From Schizochytrium sp. TIO01 (lineage: Eukaryota; Protista; Bigyra: Labyrinthulomycetes): a DNA stretch of 64,000 nucleotides. Positions 1 to 12,316 of the stretch are shown here, piece after piece. The position numbers and the translations under genes are program-made. Location: contig SMSO01000032.1 of the NCBI GenBank assembly GCA_004764695.1, positions 744,001 to 808,000 of the forward strand. The letters run 5' to 3'. The notes below the pieces were generated by a model. The model was not told the DNA's origin, made no database searches, and worked only from the letters and a program-made list of their open reading frames with translations. Positions within the stretch are counted from its first letter, which is position 1, and each line of letters starts with the position of its first letter.

Positions 1-77
1 CCGCGTCTGCAATTGCAGCTGCCGGAGACGCTGGCTGGCCGACGCAGGCCTTCTTTGGAGGCATGACGACGGCCAGG

Positions 78-100
78 CTGCCTGCCTGCCTGCCTGCCTG
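78..100. repeat. (CCTG)n microsatellite
   Basis: ctgcctgcctgcctgcctgcctg. Confidence 0.9.
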
Positions 101-3100
101 TCAGTCTGTCAGTCTGCCGGCCGAGACGGCGAGACAGCGCGAGCCGAGTGACGCCGAGTGCGCGAGAAGAATGAGCGAAGAGTGAGAATAGTGGAGTGAG
201 GGAACTGCAGAGCGATCTTTCTTTTCAATGATTGAGAGTTAATGTTAGGAATAGGATTCTTAAAAGGTAACAATAATGAAAGAATAAGATATTGTAGGAA
301 GCTCTTTTACAATTTAACACAGGTTTTCTAGTTAACCATAGACCATCTTTCATAAGGATCGTCATGATCGTGGTATCATGTATCGTGAAAGGAAAGACAA
401 CTGGAGTGGAGGACCTGGAAAGCGCAAGGAGGTCGCCACGGGCTGAGACCTCTACCCAGCCCCTCCTAGTCGAGGGCAATGGTCTTATGAACGAAAAGGT
501 AGCCGACTGACTGATTCATTGAACGAGCGGTATCATGGAGGAACAGAAAGGGAGGATAAAGCAGGCTTAGCGGGTTTTGTGCTTGAGATTCCACCTTCAC
601 TTTTAATCATCTTTGATTTCCCGTATTTTGGCGTCTCTTTTCCAGTTCCTTCCTTTTGTTTTTCCAGGATTTTTGGCAGAACATTAGCAAATCAGCTACA
701 AGCTATAAGGCCAACTCTAGAGGTCCCGACTCCCAGTCTATACTTATTTTTTTAAAAGGGTTAGTTTGCCTTCACAAGCAATAATCCAATTAAGCGCGAA
801 AACGACAAATGGCAGAACAGGACGCATACGCAGGCTAGGGAGGCAGCTAGGCGCAAGTACTAGGGCCTGTAGAGTCAGTAGGGCTGCGTAAGGGGCGCGT
901 ACGCGACACACAGAAAATGATGCCTATGCAGAGAGATCTCGCTAGAATCGGGGCTGCCTCGAAGATCCCGAGGCTGCTTTTCGTTCTTGCTGAAAGGGAA
1001 ACTCTCTTGGCCTAGCGGTCTGCATCACTCTCCGCCTGGCTGTCTGACTTTCTGCATGTCTGCCGCAGCTCTTCGTTCCCTTGTGCTTGCTTTTGATTCC
1101 TCCTCGAGTTCTTCTCCGGGTTCTTCGCCTTCGCAAGCACACTAAACTGTCTGTTTTGTTCTGATTTGTTTCAAGACATTACTTATTACCTTTATACCCA
1201 TAGCTAGTCCTGCAGAGACGGTTTAGGATGCTGCTAGAACAGTTCAGCGTGACCACTCAGAACTGGATCTGTCACACCTTCAAGGGTTGCTTCCAAAAGA
1301 CAAAGTCAAGCAGACCTTTTTACTTCTTATAGAGAAAACGGTAGAACAGAAGCCTTTCATCTTATGATTAAATTTTTTAGTTTAAACAAGGGGGAAAAAA
1401 TCACTTCTTCGAAGATTTGTGTTGAGTTTTTGAATGAGGAAAAAAGGTCGAAATAATATTCTATAATAATTTTTCTTTTCTTTTATTGTAAACGAGGAAA
1501 GCCATGAAGGAGCTTGTGCAGGCTCGAAGATCTGGTGTGCATTCAACGTGGGCATGTTGCCCCCTACGTCACGCACTTCTCGGAGCAGCCGTTGGGCCTG
1601 CGTTAGTCGCGCTTTGGTTTGGCAAAGGAGTGTTTGCCTTGCTAACGCTGCGTTGTTTTGTCGGGTGCTGCGTTGTGCGAAGGTTTAAAATCCTTCGTTC
1701 CTGTCTTTGCGAATCCTCCCATAGGAAGTGCGAGTGTGTCCGCCCACCTCGCTCCCCGAGTCTCCTTTTCCCACTCACTCGCTTCTTTTCTTGTTTGTTA
1801 TTTATTTCTACACGCACAAATGGCAGGCCTATAAATAAAATAAAATAGCACAAAAAATTATTTAAAAAAAAAAAAACTTTAAAAAAAAAAAAAAAAAAGG
1901 CGAGTGTCAGATTGAAGAACTGGGCGGATGCTGTCATTTGGAGTGCTCGGAGAAATCGCGCTGTCGCATATTGATGTTTGCTCGCAGGTGAACTGACGCT
2001 GACTCGTTCTGTGATGCCAAGATCTTTCCATTTCAGAGGGCGAAAAATGTATTTTTGAATAGACATTGGAAAGGAGCCTTTGGAGAAAGAAAAAAGGAAG
2101 CTTTTTTATATATTTATTTTTTTAAGTTTAATATTTCCAAGCATCTTTGGTTTCTAAGGTCGTACTCACAAACCTGGACAGAAATGAGAAATGGCCATGC
2201 ACCCAGGTTAATGTTGCGGCTATAAAGTATTCTAACAGTCTCGTTCTCCCAGAGGTCTTCAAGTTAGTCATCCAAAATAATTGAAATCAAGATGATAGCG
2301 CCAAGTTTGAAGCTTCGCGATGAAGATATCATTCAGAACTTCCATTACGACACAGGTGGCGGTATCTTTCGTCGCTGGGGCTGCCATTGTGCGCGTATCC
2401 TTGCAAATTTGTTACATCCGAGGCCGGGTAATCTGGTAGCCACACGACCTTCGCCATGGAATTTGAGCATTTCTTACTGGTACTGTCACATGGTGCCGTA
2501 TCTGCTTGCTTTACGGCAATTATCACGCGCAGATTACTTTTGCAGGAAACCTTTCATTTTCAGGTTGTAAAGTAACTTCTTTTCCTTTACAAAGTTCCTC
2601 CTAAGCTCATATAATCGTCCAAGGTCAATTTCACTTATTTTTTTAAATTTAAAATAATAGTATTTATAAAACAAAAATGAAGGAAGAATTTCCTATAAGA
2701 ACTATTAGGTTGCAGTGCTTCCCAATTTACTCCTCTTGAGCTGACCGACTGTCCATCGCGTATGCTAAAAGTATGCCATCGCACCAGTAAAGTCTTTGTT
2801 GTAAGGAAGAACCACCGACGATTCCTTTTTAAAGTTCTATGTTATGCATAATATTTGAAGTGGTGAGCTAGCTCAAAACCACCAAACTAGCCAATGAAAC
2901 GCAGAGCAAACCACCCTCTCAGTTACAGTGAAAGAAACCGCTTTGCAAAGTAAGCTCTCAGCACCAAAGGGTTCCAAGCGGTTGCGTTGCCCTCATCTCT
3001 TTGGTTCGAAGTACGCAGCAGCCTTGAACTGTCGATCTCAACTTGAGTGTCTCACTTCTAAGACTACTGCGTCCTGAGCTGCTCAAAATGGCAAGCATGA

Positions 3101-3320
3101 AGAACAGTACAAAGGGCCGTCCCCTCAGTTAAGGCACTGCGCGACACGCTTCTAGCTGAGCTCTGCATAGATGACGGCCAAGCTTTCTTTATGCTGCTGC
3201 TAGAAGGGCAACCAACAGCAATTGCCCACTGAATAGAGAAGAAAGAAGAGTGCGCCCTGCGACCATTTGCACCTTAACTCTAATCCAGGCAGCAGCAGTA
3301 CTAGGCTTCTTTGGGTTTGT

Positions 3321-3340
3321 AGCTAGCTAGCTAGCTAGCT
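3321..3340. repeat. (AGCT)5 self-complementary microsatellite
   Basis: agctagctagctagctagct. Confidence 0.9.
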
Positions 3341-3599
3341 ATCCACATGCTGATTCTGAGCCTACTGCACAGGCGCATAAGCATCTCCCTGAGAGGTACC
3401 TTCTTGCTTCAACAGTTTGATATCTTCAGGCATTCCCAATACGAAATGCCACCATCTGCCAGGAAGCGATAGAAAGGGTAGTGATGATGAGTGACACGGA
3501 CAGGACTGAGTAGACGGGCCTCGCTGGCGGTTGGCAGCGAAGAAAATTAGCAGCTTCTGGCCTCTGGGACGCGGCAGCGAGCGACTGTCGTTCGGAAGA

Positions 3600-3607
3600 A
3601 AGCAAGC

Positions 3608-3641
<34 letters not shown>
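3600..3641. repeat. (AGCA)n microsatellite with one interruption
   Basis: agcaagcaagtaagcaagcaagcaagcaagcaagcaagca. Confidence 0.9.
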
Positions 3642-3642
<1 letters not shown>

Positions 3643-6062
3643 AAGAGCGCCTCGACCTGCTGCTTCAGAGTCCTCGAAGTCATCGATGTTTCCAGAGTTG
3701 GACTAGAAATCTGAACGCGCTAGGGCGTGAGTAGGTATCCTTCGCCAGCCACGCTATGACCGCCGGGTTCAGTGTCTCCTACGTGCAAATTCGGGTCTGA
3801 CGTCTTCCAAGAGCGAGCCTCGCACCAGTCTGTTTGTAAGTTGGACTTGCGACTCGGGAGCTTGGAAGTGGAGCAGTTGATTGATGATGTGGCAGTGAGT
3901 GCTTTGTATTCATGCGATTATGTATGTATTCTGCAGTGCAAAGGACTCGGATCTCTCCTTTGCCCGTCTTCAAAGCGGTTGTTTAGTTAGTGCAACGTCT
4001 TAGAAACGATCTATTTCCCAAACCCTTATTGATTGACGGATTTCATTAAAATCATGATATTTAAAATGAAAATGAAAATGTTTTTTAAAATGTTGTTTTG
4101 TTTTTTGTAATGAAATACAAACAGAAAATAATTTGAATTCAAGAAGCAATTGACTTTTCTTGCCGATAAATTGAGAGGCTTGCCAAGAATGATAGTTACT
4201 TGGGTGATGGTTACTCGAAAATCATCAGATGTCGTTGATGGTGAAGTGTGAAGGCATAAATAGCGGAATCCTGGGAAGATATGGGTGGGTTTTGCGCCCG
4301 CTTGTTTGTCTCGATTGAGGAACACCTGTAAACGGAAGGGTTTCAAGGCATTTTTCCTCAAAAGGTAGTATGTGCATTTAACTTTTATTTTAAATTAAAA
4401 GTTAAAAAGAAAAACGTTTTTATTTATTTATCATTAATTTGTTTTTAATTGAAAAAATGAAAAGGAGACTAAGGGTGATGATATCTATGCTCCGTTATAT
4501 ATATGATAAAGTTAGGAAAGCGATCTCCGACAAGCGGTCTACAAAATACTTTTTGCACATTTGCATTCAAATTTGTTCCCATGTGGATAATGGGATTTTG
4601 GTATCCAGTGGGATCTAAACATCTATGAAAACATCGAAGTGCATACTATATCTCAGAATTTAAGCACTATATATATGTTTTGGAATGCTTTGCTCTGTTT
4701 CTTTCCTCAAATTTGGAGAGTTGTCATAATTTGCCAAGCCAACCTTGAGTTCCGTATTTTACCTTTTTGTTTCTAATGCTTGTAGTAGAAATTTTAAAGA
4801 AAAGTATAGTGTGCTCAGGATAACACATTTTGGCCTGATTTTATATTGATATTGATAGACATATGCTCAAGTCTTGACCACCAGCAGCACATCATCGAAT
4901 GGATTGAAATATGGATACGTTGCGTTCCTAAGCCAATCGTACATCGTAAATCAAGAAGCCAGACATGTAAAACGAGCATAGGTACACAGGCACTCGCAAA
5001 GAAAACGAAAGCAAAGTAATTTAATCAAAGGGCACGAAATGAACTGCCAAAGGTGAGGCATTTAGATCTGACTAATTCGGTGCATGCTCGCGCATCGTAT
5101 TTATTCATGAATGTTTGTAGCCATCTATGGGTATGAGAAACATTCTCTATCGACGCTGGTAGAATTTGAATCACATGTTGATGCCAAATGGATCTCCGCC
5201 AGAGTTTTGTCCAGAGTCCGAGACCCGAGGAATTCTTCTCCTGAAAAACGAAGACCAGAACAGTGTCTCAATGCCTCGCGGGCTTCGGTTAGAGGCCCCA
5301 ACAAATCGGGTTGGCGAATATGTCGAGCGAACCCATGCATCATCTAAGCATTTCCTACTGGTAATTCGGCCGAAATCGCGGCAATCATCCCAATTCCAGC
5401 AATTCCAAGGACGCACAAGACTCCAAATTCGGCGACATGCGTGCTTGCAAGTAAAGTGGGTGGGGGCTACGTCTTTAACAGACGTGAGTGTTTCAAAGCG
5501 CCCCATGTCTAGCCAGGCGTATCTTTGACGTTCGTAAGCCCAGACGGTCGTGGAGAAACGAGATCTTCAGCAATTTTGAAGTTGTTAGCGCTCTTTTAAA
5601 ATTACCAATTCGTTGGTTTCCTCAAATATTATTGAAGGCAGCGGCTGTTGACTCTTATGATCAGATTGCCCTGGCATGATAATGGGCATTTGTTGTAGTT
5701 CCCCAAGGAGGAATTCACATTTTTGTAAGAATGAATAGTTCCTAGAGTTCTAGTTACACATGGTTTATTTAAACTGTCTTAGAAGTATTGCAACAGCTGA
5801 CGTGACACATGGAGAAAGGGAGCAAAGAACAAAGGCGGTGAATAGAAACAGAAAGCAACTATTTTAAAATTAAAAAGACTTTTGAAAAGAAATTCAGATC
5901 GAGCGATTTATTTGTACGGCTGCGTGCTTGGCATAGGCTTGCGCAAGTTTTGCGTCAGGATGTCGGTAGGTGAATCAGACTGGCACCTTGAACGGCATTA
6001 GAAAGCGGTGGAAATATAGACTGGTGCGATTTTCGCTCAACCTCAACGGTGTCATGACTTAT

Positions 6063-6100
6063 CTTCTTCTTCTTCTTCTTCTTCTTCTTCTTCTTCTTCT
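6063..6100. repeat. (CTT)~12 microsatellite
   Basis: Direct reading of the sequence. Confidence 0.95.
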
Positions 6101-7562
6101 GTGCTTCTTCTTACGCATCCATCCTGCGCAAATAAATGAGGTTTCAAATAAAAAGTAATATTTGTTTCTACTAAATGAATTAAATAAGTAAACGCTTTGT
6201 CTACGCAAGGCCCGAATGGTCTTACTCGCAAAGAGTCGTCGTCTTTCAGCGTGTAGAAGTATTCTGCATCCGATTTGCATATGAAAGACTTTTTCTTTCA
6301 AGAAAAACTAATATTCAACTTTTTTTCTTTCCTTAACCTTCTACTTCCTTTCTTTCGTATAGGACGATGCTCTTTCAAGACGACTACTATCAGTGTCACC
6401 GCTACTACTTTCTGACTCATCGAAGCGAGTTTTGAGCTCTTCAATTCATATTAAGTTTTTTATTTTAAAATACAATTTCAAAAAAACAAAAAAACTAAGG
6501 GAAAGACAGACAGGCGGAGGGAGAGAGGGCTTCCTCCAAAAGAGGCCATGCTGAAGAAAGAAGAGGGAACGCCTTCCTTCTCCTGCTCTGCCTCTCTCTA
6601 CACAGACTCAGCTCTGCGTCGCTCTCTCTGGCCGCCCTCCGCCTCGGTTGCGGCCCACCCCCCACCTCCTCCCCTTGTCAGCAAGAGAGCCACCGTCTGA
6701 GCCCTCGACGGCCGTTCGCTCAATCAAACCCTCCGTGCGGCCGCTATCCCTCCGAGTTAGCTTGCTCTCTCTTTGGTTTGAGCGACGAGTCTGAATAAAA
6801 AGTAGGTAGGCACACCGTTGATCCTACATTCATTGCATTTTATTGTAAGTTAGGAAAAAGATGATCAATAAATAAATAAAAATTAATATTTATACATGAA
6901 TATTAAGGAATAGAAGCAGTGAAGGTGGAAGGCATCGCACGCGTTATTGCAAACGAATGGAGGGTGTGGAGGAAGAAAATGGTGGAAAAGTAAACACATG
7001 TCTGCTCCTACAGCGTGGTGATTAGGAAACTTGAAGCATCTCTCGCTGATGTCCTCTTGCTTCTTTGTTATTTTTGGTTTTGTTTACAAGTTTGTTTAGT
7101 GTAACATTGTCTTTTTTTTTCTTCTTTCTTTCTTAGAGTGGATAGAGAGGAATGCTTACTCTTTTTTTTTTTTCTTTTTTTTAATTTTATAATTAATGTA
7201 ATAATAAAATAAGAAGAAGCCAAAAAACAAAAAATCGAATTAAGAGAGGAAGATCCCATGAGGCTGAACGCGCAGAGAAGAGGAATCAATTGACGGTGCA
7301 AGCGTATCTTGGAGTTGCTGTGCACGGCTTCAAGCAAATCCGGAACTCCCAAAGCATCCAAGCGAATCTCGAGCACTCGACTTCAGCATTAGCAAGAAGT
7401 TGCCCAGCGCGAGAAACCAACCAAAGCAAATCCCAAACTCAGGAATCGTAAGTCGCCGGAGTCTTAAGCAGTACCAAGGAGTTTCCGCGGCTTAGGCAAC
7501 AGCCTTGCCTTACAGTTCTAGTCACCATTACTTCCTTTCAACAAGAACCTACTTCAACCAAC

Positions 7563-8543
7563 ATGCTTGTCTACGATGCCGAAGAGGGAGTCACTGACTC
7601 CTCGCAGTCGATTCGCAAGGATGTCGAGCGCAACCAGCCTGAAGAGGCCATGGGACCCTCCAAGCGCTACGCCAACTTCATCTTCCGCCTCCGTGGCGAC
7701 CCCACCGAGACTATGGACGATATGCGTGAGCCTTCCCTTCTCCAACAGGTGATGGCTGAGACAGCAGGTACCTGCCTCTTTGTAATCTTCGGTCTTGGCG
7801 TCAACGCGTCAACTATTGCCGCTGGCGCCCACTCCGGTCTCCTCGCTGCAGCTATCATTTGGGGTATCGCTGTCGGCTTTGGTATTATCTCGTGCATCAG
7901 TGTGTCTGGTGGCCACATCAACCCGGCCGCGTCCCTCACCTTCGCGCTCCTTCGCCCGCACGAATTCCCCTTCTACAAGCTCATCCCCTACTGCATTGGT
8001 CAGCTCATCGGTGCCATCATCGGTGCTCTTGTTGTGTATGCGCTCTACAACCCTGCAATTGTCGCGTTCGAGACGCTCAACGGCATCACTCGTGGTGAAG
8101 AGGGCTCTGAGATTACGGCCTCCATCTTCCACGGATTCCCCCCCAACCCTGGCTTCGTCGGCGACTCCACCGGCTGGACCTGGAACACCTACTCCAGTGC
8201 TGGTGCCATGGGTGTCGAGGCTGTCTGCACTGGCCTCATGATGTTCATCGTCTTCGCCATCACTGACTCCCGCAACCACCTCCAGCTCGGCGGTGGCACC
8301 ATCGCCTTCGGTATTGGCATGAGTGTCACTTGCATTGTCGCCTGCTTCGCTGCCCTCGACGGCACTTCTCTCAACCCTGCTCGTGACCTTGGTCCTCGCC
8401 TCATGACCTGCGCTCTTGGTTGGGGCGAGATCTCCATCCCGGGCCCCCCGAACACCTCCATGTGGGGCTACATCATCGGACCCCTCATCGGCGGCCCCAT
8501 CGGCGGCGCCTTCTACGATCTCTTCGTCATGCGTGGCCTTTAA
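7563..8543 (+). CDS. Aquaglyceroporin (MIP family, GlpF-like)
   Basis: 326 aa ORF with strong C-ending codon bias; SGGHINPA and SLNPARDLGPR motifs (NPA...NPARD, glycerol-facilitator type); multiple hydrophobic helices. Confidence 0.95.
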   Translation: MLVYDAEEGVTDSSQSIRKDVERNQPEEAMGPSKRYANFIFRLRGDPTETMDDMREPSLLQQVMAETAGTCLFVIFGLGVNASTIAAGAHSGLLAAAIIWGIAVGFGIISCISVSGGHINPAASLTFALLRPHEFPFYKLIPYCIGQLIGAIIGALVVYALYNPAIVAFETLNGITRGEEGSEITASIFHGFPPNPGFVGDSTGWTWNTYSSAGAMGVEAVCTGLMMFIVFAITDSRNHLQLGGGTIAFGIGMSVTCIVACFAALDGTSLNPARDLGPRLMTCALGWGEISIPGPPNTSMWGYIIGPLIGGPIGGAFYDLFVMRGL

Positions 8544-10441
8544 GCGTCTTCCAATGGCCCCCCGCCGCCCGCCCCAAGAAGCTCCAGCACTCCTCTGCAC
8601 TCGGGCGCGTTCTACCTTGCTCCCCTCCTCGTTTTCATCAGACAAGTCCGCTGCGGCATTGGTCGCACTCTTCGTTTCGCTTGATCTCAGTTCATCTCAT
8701 GATCTGTTGAGACTGTCACAAGTGACGGGACAGTGTAAAGGCGGCCTCTCTTGTCCTGAGCAAACAATGGGCAGGGTGCACAGAATTCACGAGAAAAAAA
8801 AAAGAGGCCATATGCTTGTATGCAATCCACCTCCACGCAAACCTATACCTTACAGTCTGTCCGCAGTAGCATCTAGCGAACCTGCGGTGACCTTTCTTCG
8901 CCATGGCATAGATCGGCATTTGTTGATGTCTGCCACGTACGACTTGTAATGGAATGTTTTCGTCTCTCTACCTCGTTTCCTATTTATAGTATTTTGCATC
9001 ATGCCACTTCATCTTTATATACATACTCTGGCAAACCCTTACAATCCATTTACTTATTTGTTTACTTTTATATACTTTCCCTTGCCCGCTGTTTTGTTGC
9101 CACTAGATACCTCTTTTCCGCTTGATTTGATTGTTTGAACTATTTACGAAGGTTTTCTATCTATTACTTGAGTCTTGCTGTTTGTTCTCATAAATGCAAG
9201 TGGGACAACTTGAAGTGGGCCACAAAGCGACTTTTTTTTTAAATGAATACTTTTAAAAACAAAAGCAAGATGGTGCCTCGAACGAGCACCTATAAATCAT
9301 TGAAAGAAAGGTGAAGTAGCGTTGTAACATAAACGCATCGACTCTTCCACGGCTGATTCTCACATCGCTTCAATACTTGAGTCCGCACTGACTTTTAGAG
9401 TCCACTATTAGCTTTTTCGCAGATGATAGAATGTCCAAGTTTAGCCGAGAATCCTTACCTTTACTTGGCTAGGCTCAGGCTGAAATCTTTGAAGTTAAAA
9501 AAACGTTGATGTACAGCTTGACTTGAGACATAGCCTAAGCATACGCGCTCTTCCTACTGACGGCGCTGCCATGAGTGCATGTAGAAGGATGCCCGTGTGA
9601 TATGTAAATAGCGAACACACTGCAGAATCACCCTGGCAAGATAGATGTACTGTGTCTCAATAGTACATGGCTTTCAAGGGCAGGTAAAGTCACTGAGTTG
9701 CCTTCTTTGGGCCTCTCGCAATAAAACCACGCTGACTTCTGAAGGAAAAAGATGACGCTTGTTTCGGAGAAGGTCAAGTAAGGCCTGTCAAATGAAACGA
9801 CGGAACATCGAGATTTGTGAAATAGCTTCAGTGCAAAGAGACCAACGAAAGGGTAAAAAAAATAAAACACCCAGGAACTTACTAAGATTGGTCGCATACG
9901 GCTCAGCGCTAAACTAATTATCAATTTCATGTTTCCGCGAAGTCTTAGGAGAATCCGCGAATCTTGTTGCCAACTTTGATATTTTTTTATTTTATTTTTT
10001 TTTGGGGGGGGGAGGGGGTAATGAGTGAAATAAAATACTCTAGTTGTACAATATGGCTGGCAAGATCGCAGTGATATGAAGCTAACATAGAGGTCCTAAT
10101 TGTTTAAGACAGATTTGACAAGAATTGATGCCACACGAAGCCTATTCCTGGCTTAATGTCCCTAGTGTTCGGGTGCAAAGAATTAAATCAGTGACAGCCA
10201 AATATGGAGAACAATGATAAGGGGGAAAATAGTTTGTTACTGTACCCGTCAGGATAGTTTAAGTTGGTCTAGATAGGTATATGGGTGTCTATTGTATGAA
10301 TTTATGTATGTATGTATATTTGTATATCTGTCCATGTACCATTCTCTGCTGAGAGAGGAAGTAGCGAAGTGGGAAGTGATTGCGTTGAAAATTGATGTGT
10401 TCATATAATAAAAAAGGAATGAGTCCCACGATCTGGCACTT

Positions 10442-12316
10442 TCAATCACTATGTTCGTGAAAATCAAGTACAGCAGTCGGCGTTGGCGAGCTAGGCGCAG
10501 AAGATGATGGATTCATAACAGACATGAGCAGGCTCTGAGTAGTTTCACTGCCTTGTTCACGCAAAGTCTCTTGAATTTGCGGCATTTGAAGAAACGCGCG
10601 CATTGAATTAAGCAACACGCGGTGTGCCCACTTGCGGAAGGCGCGGTCATCAAGCGTTGTGGACTTGGAAATTTTTTCCACTGCATGAACGTAACTTTGC
10701 AAAGTGAGAATTAGATTTTCAGAAGATGGTTCGCGTAGGCAACTGTTTTCCATGCGACGGATACCATCGATGGCACTAGAGTAGGGCGTTTTGTTCACAC
10801 TACTGAAAGCAAGCCCTTGCTTAGCGGGGGATTTGGCGTTTTTTGAGCCTGCTGGTGGCAGACAGTCCAAGCACTGACGAACAGGATTGTGATAGCCGAA
10901 GTGTGGAATGGGCGCCTGATTGTCACTTGGTGCACAGTTTGCACACAGACAACGTCCACAACGCCGACAGTGATGGCGTCTCCTGTAAAAGTTGAATGGA
11001 AGATCACAGCGCTGGCAGCAGGGGCTGTCTGTGACCCACCGTGGCGCCTCTGTAGGTAGAGCTGATGTCTGTTTCTCCATGAGATCTTGAAGTTCAAAAG
11101 TAGCCAACTTCATGCGCAGCTCTTCAATCTCCTCTAGGCAAACCAGTCGTCTTTCCAAGAGGTCCTTTTCCTTCGCTTGATTTTCTGCTTGTTCTTGCGC
11201 TTGCATTAGTGCCAACTCCATGCGTGTGGCCATACGGTCGCTAATACTGCTATCAAGGTCATCTGTGGAATCATCTACAAATTCCAGAGGCCCAGGAGAG
11301 TGCATGTTTTCACGAAGCTCCAAGCCAAAGTAGCCTCCTCCTCCACTACCAACAGTATGGCCATTGCTCTCGCCACCAGTTGAACTTTCGTCACCACCAG
11401 AGTTGCTTCCGGCGTCGTTGCTATGATGTTCATGGGATGTTCCACGCGCGTGTTTCGAGTTGAAGGAAGATACTGCGGAGTTTGCCTTCTTGGAGGCCCT
11501 CGAGGCCCTTCTAGAGGCCTTCTTCACCTCAGACAGTTCATTCTCGAAGGTCTGCATGTACCATGCCTTGAGGTCCGCTGCAGAAGACGGGCTCATATTA
11601 GATGAAGACCCTAAAATCGCTTGCAAAAGCGGCGAGGGTGTTTCATCTCCATCAGTGGCATTATCAGAGCTTCCTCCTGTGCTAGGATCACGTGTTGCAT
11701 CAAGTGTTCGTTCAGAAGTCTGTGTAATGGCCGTCACTCCCACTTTGGGTGATAAAGAGTTTCTAGAGTTGTCCACATTCTTTTCTCCTAGCTCCTTTTC
11801 AGTTGCATTATTCTGCACGTCCTTAGGGTCTGCTGTTTCGTTGGAAGCATTTGTCACATTTCCTTGTTTCTTTACGTGTGTGGGATCATCGTTATCGTTT
11901 TGGTCGTTATTATCATTGCTGTTCTTCATAGAGTCATTTGCGCCTCGGCCAGTATCCACAGAGAGTCTTCTGCGTTGACGTGGCGAAGATGGCGCGGCTG
12001 TTTTGGCATCGCCCGACACGACCTCCTCAGCCGCATGATCAGCTTTCCGTCCTTCATGCTGAAGATTATCATTCAGCATCGCTTCACCCGAAGTGTTGTC
12101 GTTGCTGGCGAGGATGGACTCCCGCGCCTCGCATGGGCCATCGTCATCCTCCCCAGCGGATGACAGCGACATGGAGGCGCTCAGCCGTCGCAGGCACGCC
12201 TCCAGAGACCCTGTGCTCTGAACTCGCTCAGATCGACGCCGCAAACTGCGCTCCGCGATGCGCTCGTCGCTTTCAGTTCTGTGCCAAAGCCTTCTCTTAC
12301 TCGCCGATTTGAGCAT
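10442..12316 (-). CDS. FYVE zinc-finger protein with long disordered N-terminus and coiled coil
   Basis: 624 aa ORF; WVTD..CCQRC...RRRHHCRRCGRCLCANC...VRQCLDC is the FYVE WxxD/RRHHCR signature; upstream heptad-like segment (ELALMQAQEQAENQAKEKDLLERRL). Confidence 0.9.
   Translation of the reverse strand: MLKSASKRRLWHRTESDERIAERSLRRRSERVQSTGSLEACLRRLSASMSLSSAGEDDDGPCEARESILASNDNTSGEAMLNDNLQHEGRKADHAAEEVVSGDAKTAAPSSPRQRRRLSVDTGRGANDSMKNSNDNNDQNDNDDPTHVKKQGNVTNASNETADPKDVQNNATEKELGEKNVDNSRNSLSPKVGVTAITQTSERTLDATRDPSTGGSSDNATDGDETPSPLLQAILGSSSNMSPSSAADLKAWYMQTFENELSEVKKASRRASRASKKANSAVSSFNSKHARGTSHEHHSNDAGSNSGGDESSTGGESNGHTVGSGGGGYFGLELRENMHSPGPLEFVDDSTDDLDSSISDRMATRMELALMQAQEQAENQAKEKDLLERRLVCLEEIEELRMKLATFELQDLMEKQTSALPTEAPRWVTDSPCCQRCDLPFNFYRRRHHCRRCGRCLCANCAPSDNQAPIPHFGYHNPVRQCLDCLPPAGSKNAKSPAKQGLAFSSVNKTPYSSAIDGIRRMENSCLREPSSENLILTLQSYVHAVEKISKSTTLDDRAFRKWAHRVLLNSMRAFLQMPQIQETLREQGSETTQSLLMSVMNPSSSAPSSPTPTAVLDFHEHSD

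Noticed and set aside
1569-2066. 165 aa ORF with poly-Phe
   Set aside because: Arises from a poly-A tract; not protein-like.
7809-8645. 278 aa antisense ORF over the aquaglyceroporin
   Set aside because: Same codon-bias shadow effect as folD.
9646-9845. VSIVHGFQGQ resembling the UPF1-like helicase motif TVDGFQG
   Set aside because: A single short match with stops nearby and no other helicase motifs; compatible with chance.
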